Shown: positions 24,615-37,226, numbered from the stretch's first letter. The stretch: DNA of 64,000 bases from Chara braunii (GCA_003427395.1 BFEA01000008.1:2174336-2238335); one strand, 5' to 3'. Numbers and translations: made by a program. Notes: generated by a model not told the origin, from the letters alone.

Positions 24615-26177
24615 ATGGCTAATAGGAACGCTAGGAGGAGAGAACAGTACAAAAGAGCGAGAAACATGTTGTCCGAAAAAAGAATGCTCATGGTGCGCGG
24701 CATGGCATGTTGCAAGGCTCGATGTTCTTACGACGTGTCGCCTGAGGAAGTGCGAAAGGTTAGATAAGGACTGTACAGTAAGACTCCGGTGGAGCGAGCT
24801 GAGTGGTGGATGAAAAGTATTAAGGATTTCACAGTGAATGAGGGTGGACAGAGACGTGTCCGCCCCGTGGAGTTTGAACGTTCGATGTGCGTCAAGGCGT
24901 ACTGCAATGTACTCGGTGTCTCGCGTAATACATTTTACAGCTACAAAAAGCGTTTCGACAATGCTTACGTGCGTTCTGAGCATGGCCTGACGGGAAAATG
25001 TCGGCCAACCAGTAAGACGGTCGCCATGCTTGCCATCATGAGAACGTTCATCGAGTGTCATGCGGATAACATGCCGAATGAGGTGGCTAATGAAGGTGAG
25101 GTTTCTAGATCGAAGCTTCAACTCCCCGCTGCTTTCACGAAGCGATCAATTTATGAGTCCATCAAATCAGACTTTCTGGCCGCTGGCCTCGCTGTCTTGT
25201 CTGAGTCCAACTTCTATAAATTGTGGCGGAAACACTTTTTCCACATTTCCCTCACGCACTCTAACACGTTCACGAAGTGCGCCGTCTGTCATGAGCTGAA
25301 GGAACGTATACAGTATGCTCCTCTTCCTCGAGATCGAGAACAAGCTCGAGACGATATGAAAGTTCACCAAAGGAGGCAAGTTGAACACAGATTGGACTAT
25401 AGTCGAGCGAAAAGTGATTCGATGGTCCGTCGGAACGAGCGTTTGTGTCTCATCATTGACGGCATGGATCAGAAGAAAACAACTATCCCCCATATTGGTC
25501 AGGCTAACTACTCGAAAGCACTTAGGCACGAGATGATGATGAAGACGAATCTGAGAGGCGTCATTGCACACGGTAGAGACCCTAGTATATATGTATACAC
25601 GTGGTTTTCGTGTTTCAAACACGATTCGAACACGATCGCTACTTGTGTTATGAGAACCCTTGTCGAGATTCAAGGGAGCGGGACGCCACTGCCACGATGT
25701 TTGCGCATTCAAGCGGATAACTGTTGGCGGGAAAACAAGAACAAGTACATATATGCGATGGTTGCGCTGTTGGTTAAGTTCAAAGTTTTCGAAGAGGTAG
25801 AAATAGGTTTCATGCTGGTGGGACACACCCATACAGACATTGACGCTACTTTCTGTGTTTTCTCGAAGAAATTGAAAGACATAGATGCTTATATTATGGA
25901 CGAGTTCTTCGAGCTCATAGAGCAATCACACAAAAAGCCTCCCAAATGTATTTTCCTCGATACGATGGAAGATTGGATTAGTATAGTAGACCCGTGCGTT
26001 GCGTCAGACATTACCGGTATTTCGAAACCGCACTTGCTTAAATTTTTGATGGTTGGAGATAATCCGGGCATGTTGTACAAGGAGTTTTACGATGACGACG
26101 AATGGTTGCCCGAGAAAGGTCCGATTTATTGGAGATTGTCAGTCGAATTGATGAGGTTTATAAGTGGCATGAGGTAG
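24615..26177 (+). pseudogene. Sola-like/DUF7869-type DDD transposase with one in-frame stop at 24765-24767 (intact 462-aa portion 24789-26177)
   Basis: CCKARC, CAVC...H zinc-type motifs; CLIIDGMDQKK, GVIAHG, HDSN, LRIQADNCWRENKNK, FMLVGHTHTDIDATF (three candidate catalytic Asp). Family name is from recall of these motifs. A possible N-terminal extension from ~23939 is disrupted by a local duplication (24420-24590). Confidence 0.8.
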
Positions 26178-26659
26178 AGCAAGTGACATGTTGTGTGCGT
26201 GACGCCATCGGTAAGTCCTTGGCAAGTGTCTGTAGGTTTGTAAGGGTGAAGTACATTTCGGTGTTCTCGAGGGTGGCGACGAATGGACAACCACAAACCC
26301 TTGTTTTCGAGTCGTCTATGAATGCCTTATACGGGTTTGGTTCTAACGGGACGCGGGGACATCGGTAGGAACTTCAAATTTTGTAAATGATAGCGTTTTT
26401 GAAAGTTTACATTTTTGCGGCTCGTAGCGTTTCATTTAGACGTAGTTCAATGTAGAGTTCGCTTGTAGCGTTTAATGTAGACGTACTTCAATCTTGCATT
26501 TGCGATTTTTTGCATGTGTCGATACAATGTTGAACTTTAGTTACCAATACAATTTTTGACTTTTAATTTTTCATGGGTACGACATTTCTTGGAGTGAGAC
26601 AGAATCCATGGTACTCACGTGAATTTCAGCTTCATATGACAATGTCATATCGGTTTTTG

Positions 26660-27300
26660 ATTTTTTGTCAAAGTGCGTCGGAATCCATACATAAACCATC
26701 TAGTTTCGCCTTCACACAATGTCATGTGTAGTACGTCTGATTCAAGTGCATTTCAATGCATGACAATGACATGTCAGTTTCGTCTTTAAAGTCACATAAA
26801 TTGTCGAAGTGTGATAGACTCCAAAATTATCGAAGTATCACAGTGTTGGAATCCATTCATTAATCACACCGAACAGACTGAGTGTCACGTCTTTTAATAA
26901 GTATGTAGTACATAAATTATCAAAGTGCGATGGAACCCATAGTCACTGTACTTAAACCGTAATCTCATTTGTCGTGTCATTCGTTTGTCGTGTAATTCGT
27001 TAAACTTTGTCGTGAATAGTATACATTTAATAGAGTTAAAGCAAAAATTATCGAAGTGCGACGGAATCGATACTAGACTATTAGTACTTAAACCATCCGT
27101 GTGCTTACCGTAAATGTCTCACTTCGATTGAGTTTCAATAAATTAAGGGAAGTCACAATGTCATCTAAAAGAGGTTCGACTCAATGTTGACTCAAAATTG
27201 AGCAAGGTGTAAAGAAATCGAGAGTTCAACAATTCATGTTGTAACCGTAACGACTTTTAAGTTACAAAATTGATGGAAGTGCAATGGAATCCACACTTAA
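26660..27300. repeat. Right subterminal degenerate repeats
   Basis: ~6 copies of AAATTATCGAAGTGCGACGGAATCCATAC-like sequence, related to the 24-bp motif. Confidence 0.6.
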
Positions 27301-27453
27301 TCCATCATGATCAGTAAGTGATTGCCTTGAATCTCCAGTTTATATTCAATTTATGGTCTCTCAATTGCATTCTTCGGGTTCCTAAGTTTCATTCAGGTCC
27401 AAAATATAGCAATTTTAACATGAAATTAATAGCGTGCGAGTACCAATTTAAAA

Positions 27454-27484
27454 TATAATGTCCTATTTTAACGAATAACATGTT
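27454..27484 (-). repeat. Right TIR of giant element
   Basis: TATAATGTCCTATTTTAACGAATAACATGTT, the exact reverse complement of 2583-2613. Confidence 0.9.
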
Positions 27485-27751
27485 TTTTACACATGGTGGG
27501 GGGTGACGTGGTAGGGGGCGTAGGCCTCTGGGGAGTTTTTTTTTTTCACTTTTGGGGTTCGCTGAACGAGGCCCACCACCCCGCAGTCCGCAATGTGCCC
27601 GCACGCCCACCGGGGTCGCGTTCAATTTTTTCGCACCACGTAGCGCGCAGCGCGTTTGAACGCCATTAAACACGGCCCCAGGAGGTATAAATGCTCACGT
27701 TTGAACGTGAACGCGCGTTCAGCGCGTTCATCTGGTTACATAGTTGTGAGT

Positions 27752-30600
27752 CATGTCAGTGGGTGCGCTTGTTTGTCGGCCGATGTTATGGGAGTCAGGC
27801 TTCATAGCTGGATGTGGACTAGCAGGGCCCATGGGAGGTCGTCGGCCATCATAAGTCTGACTATTGCCTTTAGCAATAGGGTTTTAATTTGATCCTCCTG
27901 GTCTATGATGGCTAGACCTCCCCGGGTTCGAGGTTGGGTTATATGTGCCCATGCCACTCTTTTTATGCACGCCCTCAGTTCCTGGTCGTTCCTCCATAGG
28001 TATGTTGCGATGGCTTCTTTGAGGTTGGGAATATGTCTGGGTGCCAAGGGCCAGAATGCAGTTTTATTATTTATACCAAATAGTGGAGAGGACTGCATTA
28101 TTGATTACCAATGCTCTGCCCTCTAGGGATGTATGCAGTCCTTTCCGTTTGGCCATCGCTTGTATGGTTGTCTGGACCAGGTGGTTCCCGTGGTCCTTCG
28201 GTGGACCCAACGTTGCGAGGCGGACTCCCAGTAAATGTATTGCCTCTTCTTTCTGCCGCCAGTTCACTGCTGGCTTCTCTGGTGGGGGCTGACCCATTGT
28301 GTGGAGCCACCACACTTCAGTCTTATGGCCCCAATTGACTTTCATGTCTGCGGCAATAGAGAAGAGGTGAATGGTCTCTGCTAGAGCCCCTAGACTGGAG
28401 GGGGTGACTTTGATAAGAACAGTCAAATCGTCAGTAAATAGAGAAGTAACCGGGATTTTTTGTTCTGGAACGCGTTCTATATCTTGGTTAGTTCTAATTA
28501 GGGAGGCGAGGACTTCCATGACAATAATGAACATCAACAGGGCTATCGGGTCTCCCTGTCTTACCGATCTCTGTAACGGGAAGGGGTGTGTCAGGTGACC
28601 GTTGAGCATGGTGTTGGTAGTGGAGGATTGATGCAGGGTGATGAACCTGTGGTAAAAGATCGGGCCAAAATTCAACTTTGATAAGCATAGGTCGAGAAAT
28701 TTCCAGTCTACATGGTCGTATGCTTTCTCAAAGTCTATAAATAGGACAGCCTCGTCCACCCTCCTTTGTTGAGCATACTTTATTGTTTCATTGACCAACA
28801 ATATGTTGTCCTGAATGTTGCGATGTGGCATGAATCCTGTCTGGTCCATGTGGATGAGTTGGCCCATGTTTTGTAGCAATCTGTTACTCAGTGCTTTAGC
28901 CACTATTTTATACGGTATAGGAAGGAGAGTAATCGGTCTGTAGTTACGGATCGCTGCTTAATCTCCTTTCTTATAGATCAACGTAGTAACTCCTTGGCTC
29001 ATCAGGTGACCAAAGCCACCCTCCGTTTGAGTAGTATGTATATATGCCATAAGGTCCTGATGCAAAAGTTCCCAGAAATGGAGCCAGAATTCCTTCGGGA
29101 GTGCGTCTAAGCCCCAAGTCTTTTCGTCCTCCATTGCGGTTAGCGCAACGTGTATCACGTTTGATGTGAGGGAGGCTTCTAGCGTGTCCCTCTGCTGGCT
29201 TGATAAGAGGGCTGTGAAATTGTGTAGCAGGGCGGCTCGGGCTGGTTCGAGTGTGTCTTCTCGCAGTCAGGCATTCTCGGAAGTGAAAAGTTTTTGATAG
29301 TATCGGGTGGTGTAATCCACGATTGTGTAAGAGTTAGTGGCGTCGGGGAGCTGTCGATCAAACGGGTGGTGGAGCGTTGAGACAATGTTTTGCCTTGCTT
29401 TTCTTTTGACCTTTCGAAAGAAGGCTTTGGCCATTGTGCCTTCAGTTGCCCTTTTTCTGATTCGGGCTTGGATGCGCCATGCCTCCGATTCTTGGTCTAG
29501 GTAGTCTTGCAAGTGATCTCCAGCTTCCTGCAATTGGTTGAAGGTGGGGATGTTCAAAGGTTTCTGTCGCATCCGGTCGTCCCATTGCTCAAGAGTATGC
29601 AGTAATATGTCAATGGTTTCCTTGCAGTCCCTCGCGTGGTTGATAGAAAACTTTTTTATTCGGTCCCTGAGTCTGGCTATCCCTGTGTTGAACTAGTCTA
29701 CCAGCGAGGGGTGAGCAGTCTTTTGTGTGGACCAGTATTGCCAAAATTGTTCAACCAGTTCCTGCAGGCTAGGCAACTTGAGCAAGGAGGAGTTAAACTT
29801 ATAGAAGTTGGGCCCCCGTGTGATCTGTCGGTGAAATGATAGACCCAAGACTATCCCCCTGTGGTCAAAGGATCGGCACGGGCTCAACGGTTGTATTTCA
29901 GCAACTATAGCCAGACCTGACAATGCCTGTGACAACAAAAGAAGTCAATTCCTGAATTAGACAGTCCCGCTGCGCCCCGGGACCTGAGATAAGTGTAGAC
30001 CTGTTTGGTGGGATGGAGCATTATGAAAATGTCGCAAAGCTGCAGCTCCTCCATCATTTGATGCAAAGCAATGATGTCTGTGGTGACTTCACCATCATAA
30101 GGTCATGTCGTGGATTGTATGTCTAGGTATGGGTCCGGGTTAATATTGAAATCCCCAGCCAGTACGAGGGGGATGTCTGCTAGCAGTGCCTGTTGTAGAG
30201 AGAGCAAGAACTGCACCCAGTCATGGGGGTCATTCGGTCCATATACGCTCACTATACATATTGTCTCATCCCCCATTGTTGCTGTGAGGTAATCCCATTG
30301 CCCGTCTTGTCTTTCATAGTCGTATTGGATCGGCTTCAGACAGGACAAAGCCGGTAGCCATATAGCTACCCCTGCTGAGGCACGTGCTGTGGCAGGAGCA
30401 GTGTATGTTGCATGTGGCCAGACTTCCCGCCTTTTCACTTCATGGATGGGGGAGAGTGAAAGGTGAGTCTCTTGAACGCACACTGCATCTGGCCAGTCCT
30501 TGGAGTCATGATCTTTAATAACATTCCAAATGGCAGCCCTTTTGNATTGATCTGNCGAAATCAGTCCATTAAGATTGATAGATCGGATGTGGAGATCAGT
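27752..30600 (-). pseudogene. LINE ORF2 (APE endonuclease + reverse transcriptase), fragmented
   Basis: SINLNGL, VCVQETHL, LAGDFN, FDHRG; GLDALPKEFW, IYKKGD, DQTGFM..RNIQDN, IDFEKAYDHVDW, SVRQGDP, LFTDDL. Confidence 0.93.
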
Positions 30601-33600
30601 CTGGGCCAATTTTTTGGTCCAGGGTGGGGGTTTGCGGAGAGGAGGGGGTACAAACGGTGAGGGAGGAGTGGGGCATCGGTATGGGGGGGAAGGTTGGGGG
30701 GATGGGTCTGGTGTGTGTTGCGATCTGGGGGGCGGTTGGAGTTGTGGGCTACCCCTAGACGGAGGAAGGCGGTTACTGTGCGGCATGTGATCTCCCATAT
30801 TTCGGCTTGGGTTGATATGAGGTAGCGAACTTGAGAGGCCGGGCTGCCTAACGTGGTGACTAATGAGGATTCGTCCCATCCTCTGGATGCCTCCAGGAAA
30901 GGGCTCTCCAAGATTGCCTGCATAAATGTCAGAATTTGTGGGAGGCGCCAGGCAAAATTGGGTCTACGTCTTGAGGTCGGTACCTCGGCCAACTGCCCTT
31001 GTGAAAACCACAAGATCGATGAGGGACTGTAGTTCTTCGAGCCTGTTGTCTGTCGGTTATCGAAGAGAGCAGTTGCCATTAAGATTCCTACTGGGAATGG
31101 ATGGTCTGTGTGCAGTGCTATTCCGTAGACATCTCCGTCCCGATTGTCATTGATTAATGTCTTGGTGAGTTGATATGCCTCTGGATTCCCATAGGTCCCT
31201 CGCCAGCCTTCCACTGTTAACCCTACCAAGTTTGTGTTCGGTAGGGTACAATCCGCCAACGGTCTCGTGACCCGGAGCCCCAGTAGCCATTGGTGTGTGT
31301 CTGGCTGTCTCTTCAACAGGAGGATGAGGAGACCAAGCACCGGTTCGTAGGGCTGGGGGGTCTTGTCGGGCGCCGTGGGACGTATTATGTCTTTCAACTT
31401 TCCCCTTGTACCCGGCCTGTGTCCGTTGTCCTTGTCTCCTTGTGTGAGCTGGAGTAGAGGGGCTTGTGGAAGTTGCAAGTCACCAGATTCGTCCGATTCA
31501 TGTTCGTGTTGCTCCCCCAGAGATTGTTCTGAGGATGAATCGGAGGAGGATTCAGAGGAGGATTCGGAGAGCAGATTGATGACACTGGTGGAGAGGGCTT
31601 GACCAGTGGTTTCACTGTCGGAGGACTGGCCATGGGCAGGGGTTATATGCATCACTGGTTGCAGGAGCTCCAATGGGAGGAGGTCCTCGATCGGTTCTAC
31701 CATTGTAGAAACCGCCCCCTTGCTATTGAGGCTGTCAAGGACCCCAACCACCTCCTCGATCAGGATAGGAGGCCACTGTTGGTCATCAAAGGTCAGCGAG
31801 TAGTCTGTGTTTCGTATTGACAGAATAGCCAGTCCCTGTTCTGTCTGTGAGGGGGTAGCCACTGCACTGACTTTTTCGATCATGTGTTGTATTGTTATGA
31901 TTATGGCTTTGCCCACCAGTTTCCAGTCCACTTCAGTGGGCGATGGGTACACTGTGACGCAGGCTCTGATGCGCCTGTCTTTTATGACTGTCTGCCGGAT
32001 TTTTTCCCAGTGGAGCGGCGGGATTTTATCATGCAGTGACCCTGACTCCGGGGAGAGGATCTTGAGAAGCACCCAGTCCACCATTTCTTTGAGTTTTTTT
32101 TGTACTTTCTTGTTGGACCACGTTGTGTGCTTTTCAGGAGTCTCCCGCTTTTGAGTCGTGCTCGCTCTCCCTGTATATGTGGGCTGCCCAGTTGTTGTCT
32201 CCCCGCCGAGCGCTTCCCCCCCTCTTGCATTCTCTGATTGTCGTCGTTCCTCACTTTGTTGGGGGGGAGGGGGGTCATTTCCCATCATGATGTCACCTTG
32301 TTCGTCCTTGTCTTCCAGTTGTTCTCCCTGTGTTTCTAGAGGTGTGTTGCTCACCCCCTTTGAGTCCAGGCAAATATCCCCTTGGTGGTCTCTTGGATGG
32401 GGGGATAACTGTTCAGATCGTGTCTGGTGGGGGATGTCCAAGATCCGAGTCTATTGTGAGATCTGTAGCTTCACTTACGAAGACAGCTGGTGGTATGTGG
32501 ACTGCTGGTTTATTGCCCAAGCATATGCCTGCCTCTGAGCCTCATACTGTAGTATCTGTTGTTGCTGTGCCAGGGTCACTGCCTGTGCTTGTTGTTGTGC
32601 TTGTTTCTGGGTCTCTACCAGTGCCCAGGCTTGCGCCTGGAGGTGTGCGACTCAAATTCCGTCACCTGGCTGAGGGGGCAGCCCTGGTTCTGCGCTTGGT
32701 TTTGAGTGTATGAGAGCACTGCCACAGCAGATTCCGTAGTCTAAGACTGATGTGTGAATGGTGAAGTGTGCTCCTGGGCCTTGGCAGGTTGGTATGGTTC
32801 GTCATTATTGTCGAGCATAAGGTCTCCTTGGTAATCTGTTGGCAGGGACGGTAGTGAAATTGATTGTCCATTGTCTGTTTCCCTTGCCGATAATGGGGCC
32901 ATTATTCAGGTTTTTGTGCACTTGCCTGGTCATCAGCCATTGTGAGCGGGTCCTCCAACCATTCTATGGATGGAGACTGCTGGTCGGGGAGGGAATCCTG
33001 TTGCAAGCGGGCCTATTGCTGCAGTTGTGGATGAGGCAGCATTTGTTGCTCAGAATCAGTGCTCCCTTGTCCCAGTTAGGTTGATGCCCAACTCGTGAGT
33101 GGCGGTACTGTGTATTGCTGCTGGTCTTGTTCTTGAGCCAGTCGTCCGGTCTGTAACTGTTGGGCTGGGAGTGTATGTTCCTGCGGTTGCACCAATGCGT
33201 CTTTGATTCGGCCCATCCAGTAGTCAACATAGTCTGATACTAGTTTGACTGGGGTCCCCGCAGTCCTATGAGGGGGTTCCCTCAGCGGAGAGTGCAGCGG
33301 TGTCAGTGCGAGGGTCCGGGAGCCTTCCCCCTCCGGGGTGCTTGTATCTTGTCGTTCCTCAGTGTGCGTCGGTCTGGTGATCAAGTGATCTCCCTGTCGC
33401 AGCTCCTTTGTTCAGCCCCCTCCTTTCCTTGACAGGACTTTGTTTTCCTGTCTGGCCATTGTTCTCAATTTCAACGGTCTGAACTTGTCCCTCAGAGCTG
33501 TGGTGTTTGTTTGCGGCTCTTTGCACTGAGGGGCATTGTACTCCAGCTTTGGTTGGTGTGATGAGGAGGAGGGGTTCCCTGTTCGGGATACAGTTGCTGG

Positions 33601-36600
33601 TCTCTCTGCCCCAGCTCTATGACGACAGGTACTCCAGGAACTGGGAGCAGGGGGTGCAGTTCTGCTCCTGAAGCGGACTGTGCAGTTGCTATTTGCATAT
33701 AGAGCTGCGAGTTTTGTAACTTTGTATGCCCTCAGCGTGCGCTGTTTGGGTCGGCCACTACTGTACTGCTCTGTCCCCCTCCTCCCGCAGGGAGGGGGGA
33801 GGCGATTCCGGTGTTGTGGCCAGTACCGAAGGGCCCTCTCGCTGAAGCTTTCCATCGGTCGTAGGTGGGGGGAGCTGTTCGGTGTGTCCGGGCATTTGGT
33901 GAGCGACCGTGGGCCTGTCCATTCTGGACCGGAGCCTGACTGGTCTGCAAGTTCTCATCACCACCCCTCTGTTGTGATTGGTGTATCTTGGGCCGGGCAT
34001 ATGAGACCAGATCCGGATCCAAGGTCCGGATTCTGGCCCCTGATGTGGCTGCCGACAGGGACGGATCTCCTCCATCAGTATTTGGCCTCGCCCCTGGATC
34101 ATCAGGTGTCGGTCTGTGGTCCATGACGGGCTCATTGAGTCCCTGATTCTGTGGTTGCTTGTCAGGACTTGTTAAGGGGTCCAGCGGCCCTCTTGTGTCT
34201 GAACGGGGCTGGCCGGATGTGGAAGTGTTTTCACCGCGAGGACCTTTCGACGCTTTCATTGTTTGTTTTTCGGTCGATCTGTCTAGTGGTTTGGTTTTGG
34301 GGTCCGCGGTTCTCGGGGCGTGTACCTCAGAACTAGCAGGTGTGGCTTTTGGAGAGCCCTCCCCTCTCCAAACCCACTGGTTCCTGGCTTTCCCCTTCTC
34401 GGAACAACCAGCCTGTCATTTTTGGATCTTCCTCCTGCCATATTCCTGCCTGTGATTTGTATGGTTTTACCAGGCCAATCAGGTTTTTTCTGGTCGCATT
34501 TGGGCATTCTTCATCGGTGCAAAGATGGCCCCTGGTCTTACATGCATAGCACCAGGGATCCTGGGTGTGACTCAGAGGGACCCCGTATGTTCTGCCCTGA
34601 TATGCATATGTCCACTCCCATAACAGTGGAAACTTCACTGAAAGGGCTTTGTTGGGTCCCAATCGAGAGCGACAAGCAGACAATCATCTGGCTTAGGCAT
34701 GAATTGTGGAAGATCATGCACATAGCCTTTGATTGGTGCCAACTCCTGCAAATCGGCCAGGATGGCACCTTGAACATTGAGTGGGGCAAACCGAAATTCA
34801 ACCCAGAAGTTATGTTTCATGACCAATTCCCGCCTGTCGTCTGCCTTTAGCGGAAAAGGGGGAGACCACGATCTTGTCTGCACCAGGGTAGACTTGAAGG
34901 AGAGGTTCTTCAATGTCAACAACTTCGATCTATCCGGTGCATACAGGGACAGCACTGTGATCATGTCTGCTCCTGCTGTCTCAACCAAGAAGTGATCAGT
35001 CACGTCTTTATACGCGAATTTGATGGATCTCAGTCGTGCATGGACCCATTTCAGTTTCTCATTCATATGCACCGAGATGACCTCTTTTGAAAATCGAAAC
35101 TGCATTGCATTGTGGAGTACACTACTGTTTTATTTGCCATTGCCGGGGGGGGGAAGAGAGAGAGGGGGTAGATGTAGCCATCCTCCTCTTGATATTTCTT
35201 CTCCAGGGGCATGTGGAGTTTGTAGATAAAATGCCCTCTTAATGGATGTATGGGATCCAACGAGAGGAGGGTGTTGGGTGCCACTTGTCCTGTGGCAGTG
35301 AGTGCTGCCATCAACCCCGGTGATTGCGGTATTTTGGCTGCAGGTGGACCCACAAGACTATCTTGCGCTCTCAGCTTCTCTGCCCATGTCATATACTTCC
35401 CTCGGGATTCGGTCCCCAAGGGGGGGGGCTGCCATAGCCATCGGCTGGTGGTGTCATTTCTTCGGCGGGTCAGTCGCTGCCACTTGTCCCGTGGTTGTGA
35501 GTGCTTTGGAAGCCGGTGGCCGCGCAGGGCTGTCTTGCTCTCTCAGCTTCTGTGCCCATGTCATGGGCTTCCTCCGAGAGCCAGTCCCGGGGGGGGGGAC
35601 TGCCGTTGCCACCGGCGGCCTTTCACACTCCTGCAGTGGGTCAGACGCTGCCACTTGTCTTATGGCTATGTGATCTGCCAGCAAGCCCGGTGATAACTGG
35701 ATTTTGGGTGCTGGTGGATCCGCAGGGCTATCTTGCTCTCTCAGCTTCTCTGCCCATGTCATGGGTTTCGCCCTGGACCAGCCCCCGGAGGGGGGGCTGC
35801 TGCTATAGCCACCGTCATCAGGTCAGAGTCCTGCGGCGTGGCAGAAGCAGTTGCCCCCCAGACCTCGGTCGTGGTGTGTGGTGACCGGGGAGGGCATGGC
35901 GTTGTCCGACCCTGATCTGTTCGAATCTGTGTGGCCTGGGCGGCAGGAAGGGGGGTTATCCCTCCCAGTTTGTTTTCAGGCGGCCTTCTCACATGTTTAT
36001 TAATCAACTGCCCTTCGTCCTTTCCCCCCTGACTGGTCGCTTTCTCCCTCGTCATGTGTGGGGGTTGTTTAGAGAAACGGTACGCTCAAGGTGAGAGCAG
36101 CATTCCCAAGGGGATTCGAACGGATTCAAAGTGGGGTGATGGGAGTAGGGATACAGGGGGAGTGTCTGGCCTGTGGGGTGGTGGGTGTAGAATACAGGGG
36201 GAATGTCTGGCCTGGTGAAACTGATACCTCTCTTATCGCCCTTATATGAGGTTCTCTCGTGCGTCGTCGTCTTTCCCCTGCCGATCTCTGGTGAGCACTT
36301 CTGCTTTGTATATTCGTGTAGTTTTTCTCCTCGTCCCGCCCTCTTCTCTTCCTGCTGTTATATCTGGTTATCTCTCCTTATGTAACCTTCGTCCACCTCC
36401 CACCCCTTACTTTCCTTGAGTCCCTGCTGTTGTATCCAGTGCACCGTTGTTCAGTACTCCTTCATTCCCTGTGTTCCTTTATCTTCAAATCCCAGCTGTT
36501 TTCAGCGACGATGTTTATGGCACTGCTTTCAGCGACAGTGTTCGCGGGGTCTCTCCCGCCTCCCCAACAGTTTCTCCCGATGTCCTGGTCTCGTTGTTCA

Positions 36601-36780
36601 CTCCATTCCTTTGCAAGTGTTCGGCTTGTCTCTCTCGCCACCACTCATGCCGTCATGAGTGTCCTTTCCCACTGTCGGGGATTGTGTGGTGTATTCTCTT
36701 CTCTATGCTGATGTGTTCGTCCGTTGTTTGTTCTCGGCTTCCTGTCTTCGTTCTTGGGCTCTTCTTCAGAATCGATCGCT
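30561..36780 (-). mobile_element. LINE 5' region: long fragmented ORF1 with CCHC zinc knuckle, ~180-bp 5' tandem repeats (35270-35810) and 5'UTR
   Basis: WCYACKTRGHLCTDEECP at ~34550; MTWA(E/Q)KLR repeat x3; contiguous and co-oriented with ORF2; 5' boundary approximate. Confidence 0.7.
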
Positions 36781-36870
36781 CTGCAACAGAAAAATTTCCC
36801 AGAATTAAATAATCATTCTAGAGCAAAATTACATTCTAAATTTTAAATTTTCATTCCATCTTAAAAAATG

Positions 36871-37226
36871 CTGCGTAGCGCGGCGAACGTGTTCGCGCCC
36901 AATCATGTTCGCGCGAACAGCTCGCGAACATGTTCGGGCGAACATTTTTTTTTTTCGTAAAAAAAAAAAAAAAAAAAAAAATTAAAAAAATCGGTTTTTG
37001 ATTTTTAACTCATGATTGGCTACGAATTTGAACATGATTCCAAGGCAAAAGTTGCTTGTATTGTTATTTTACATAACATATATTTGTTTCAGATTTTTCT
37101 GAGAATGTTTTGTGTTTTTTTTTTTATATATTTTTTATGTTCGCGTTCGGAGGGTTTTGGGCGCTTATTCGCGTTCGGGCGAACATGTTCGCGTTCGCCT
37201 CCGAACGCGAACACGGTGCTACGTAG
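36871..37226. mobile_element. 356-bp MITE with 8-bp TSD
   Basis: TSD AAAAAATG at 36863-36870 and 37227-37234; termini CTGCGTAGC / (rc) CTACGTAGC; subterminal GCGAAC/GTTCGC clusters. Confidence 0.88.

Larger units (their letters stand above)
2583..27484. mobile_element. ~24.9-kb Sola-like (DUF7869-type DDD transposase) DNA transposon with cargo genes
   Basis: Perfect 31-bp TIRs; TTTT on both flanks (2579-2582, 27485-27488); internal transposase-like ORF; element-restricted 24-bp motif. One N-gap inside (23484-23748). Confidence 0.8.
1421..27743. mobile_element. hAT-like non-autonomous element (own sequence ~1421-1733 and ~27495-27743) carrying nested insertions
   Basis: Exact 8-bp TSD TTGTGAGT at 1413-1420 and 27744-27751. 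Imperfect termini CTGTGTTGCC / (rc) CTATGTAACC. Clusters of TGAACGC/GCGTTCA motifs near both ends. Superfamily is inferred from TSD length and terminus style only. Confidence 0.75.

Noticed and set aside
1421-27743. Zisupton/KDZ element (8-bp TSD plus Ulp1)
   Set aside because: The transposase lacks recognisable KDZ/SWIM motifs, and inner perfect TIRs with 4-bp flanks explain the gene-bearing unit better.
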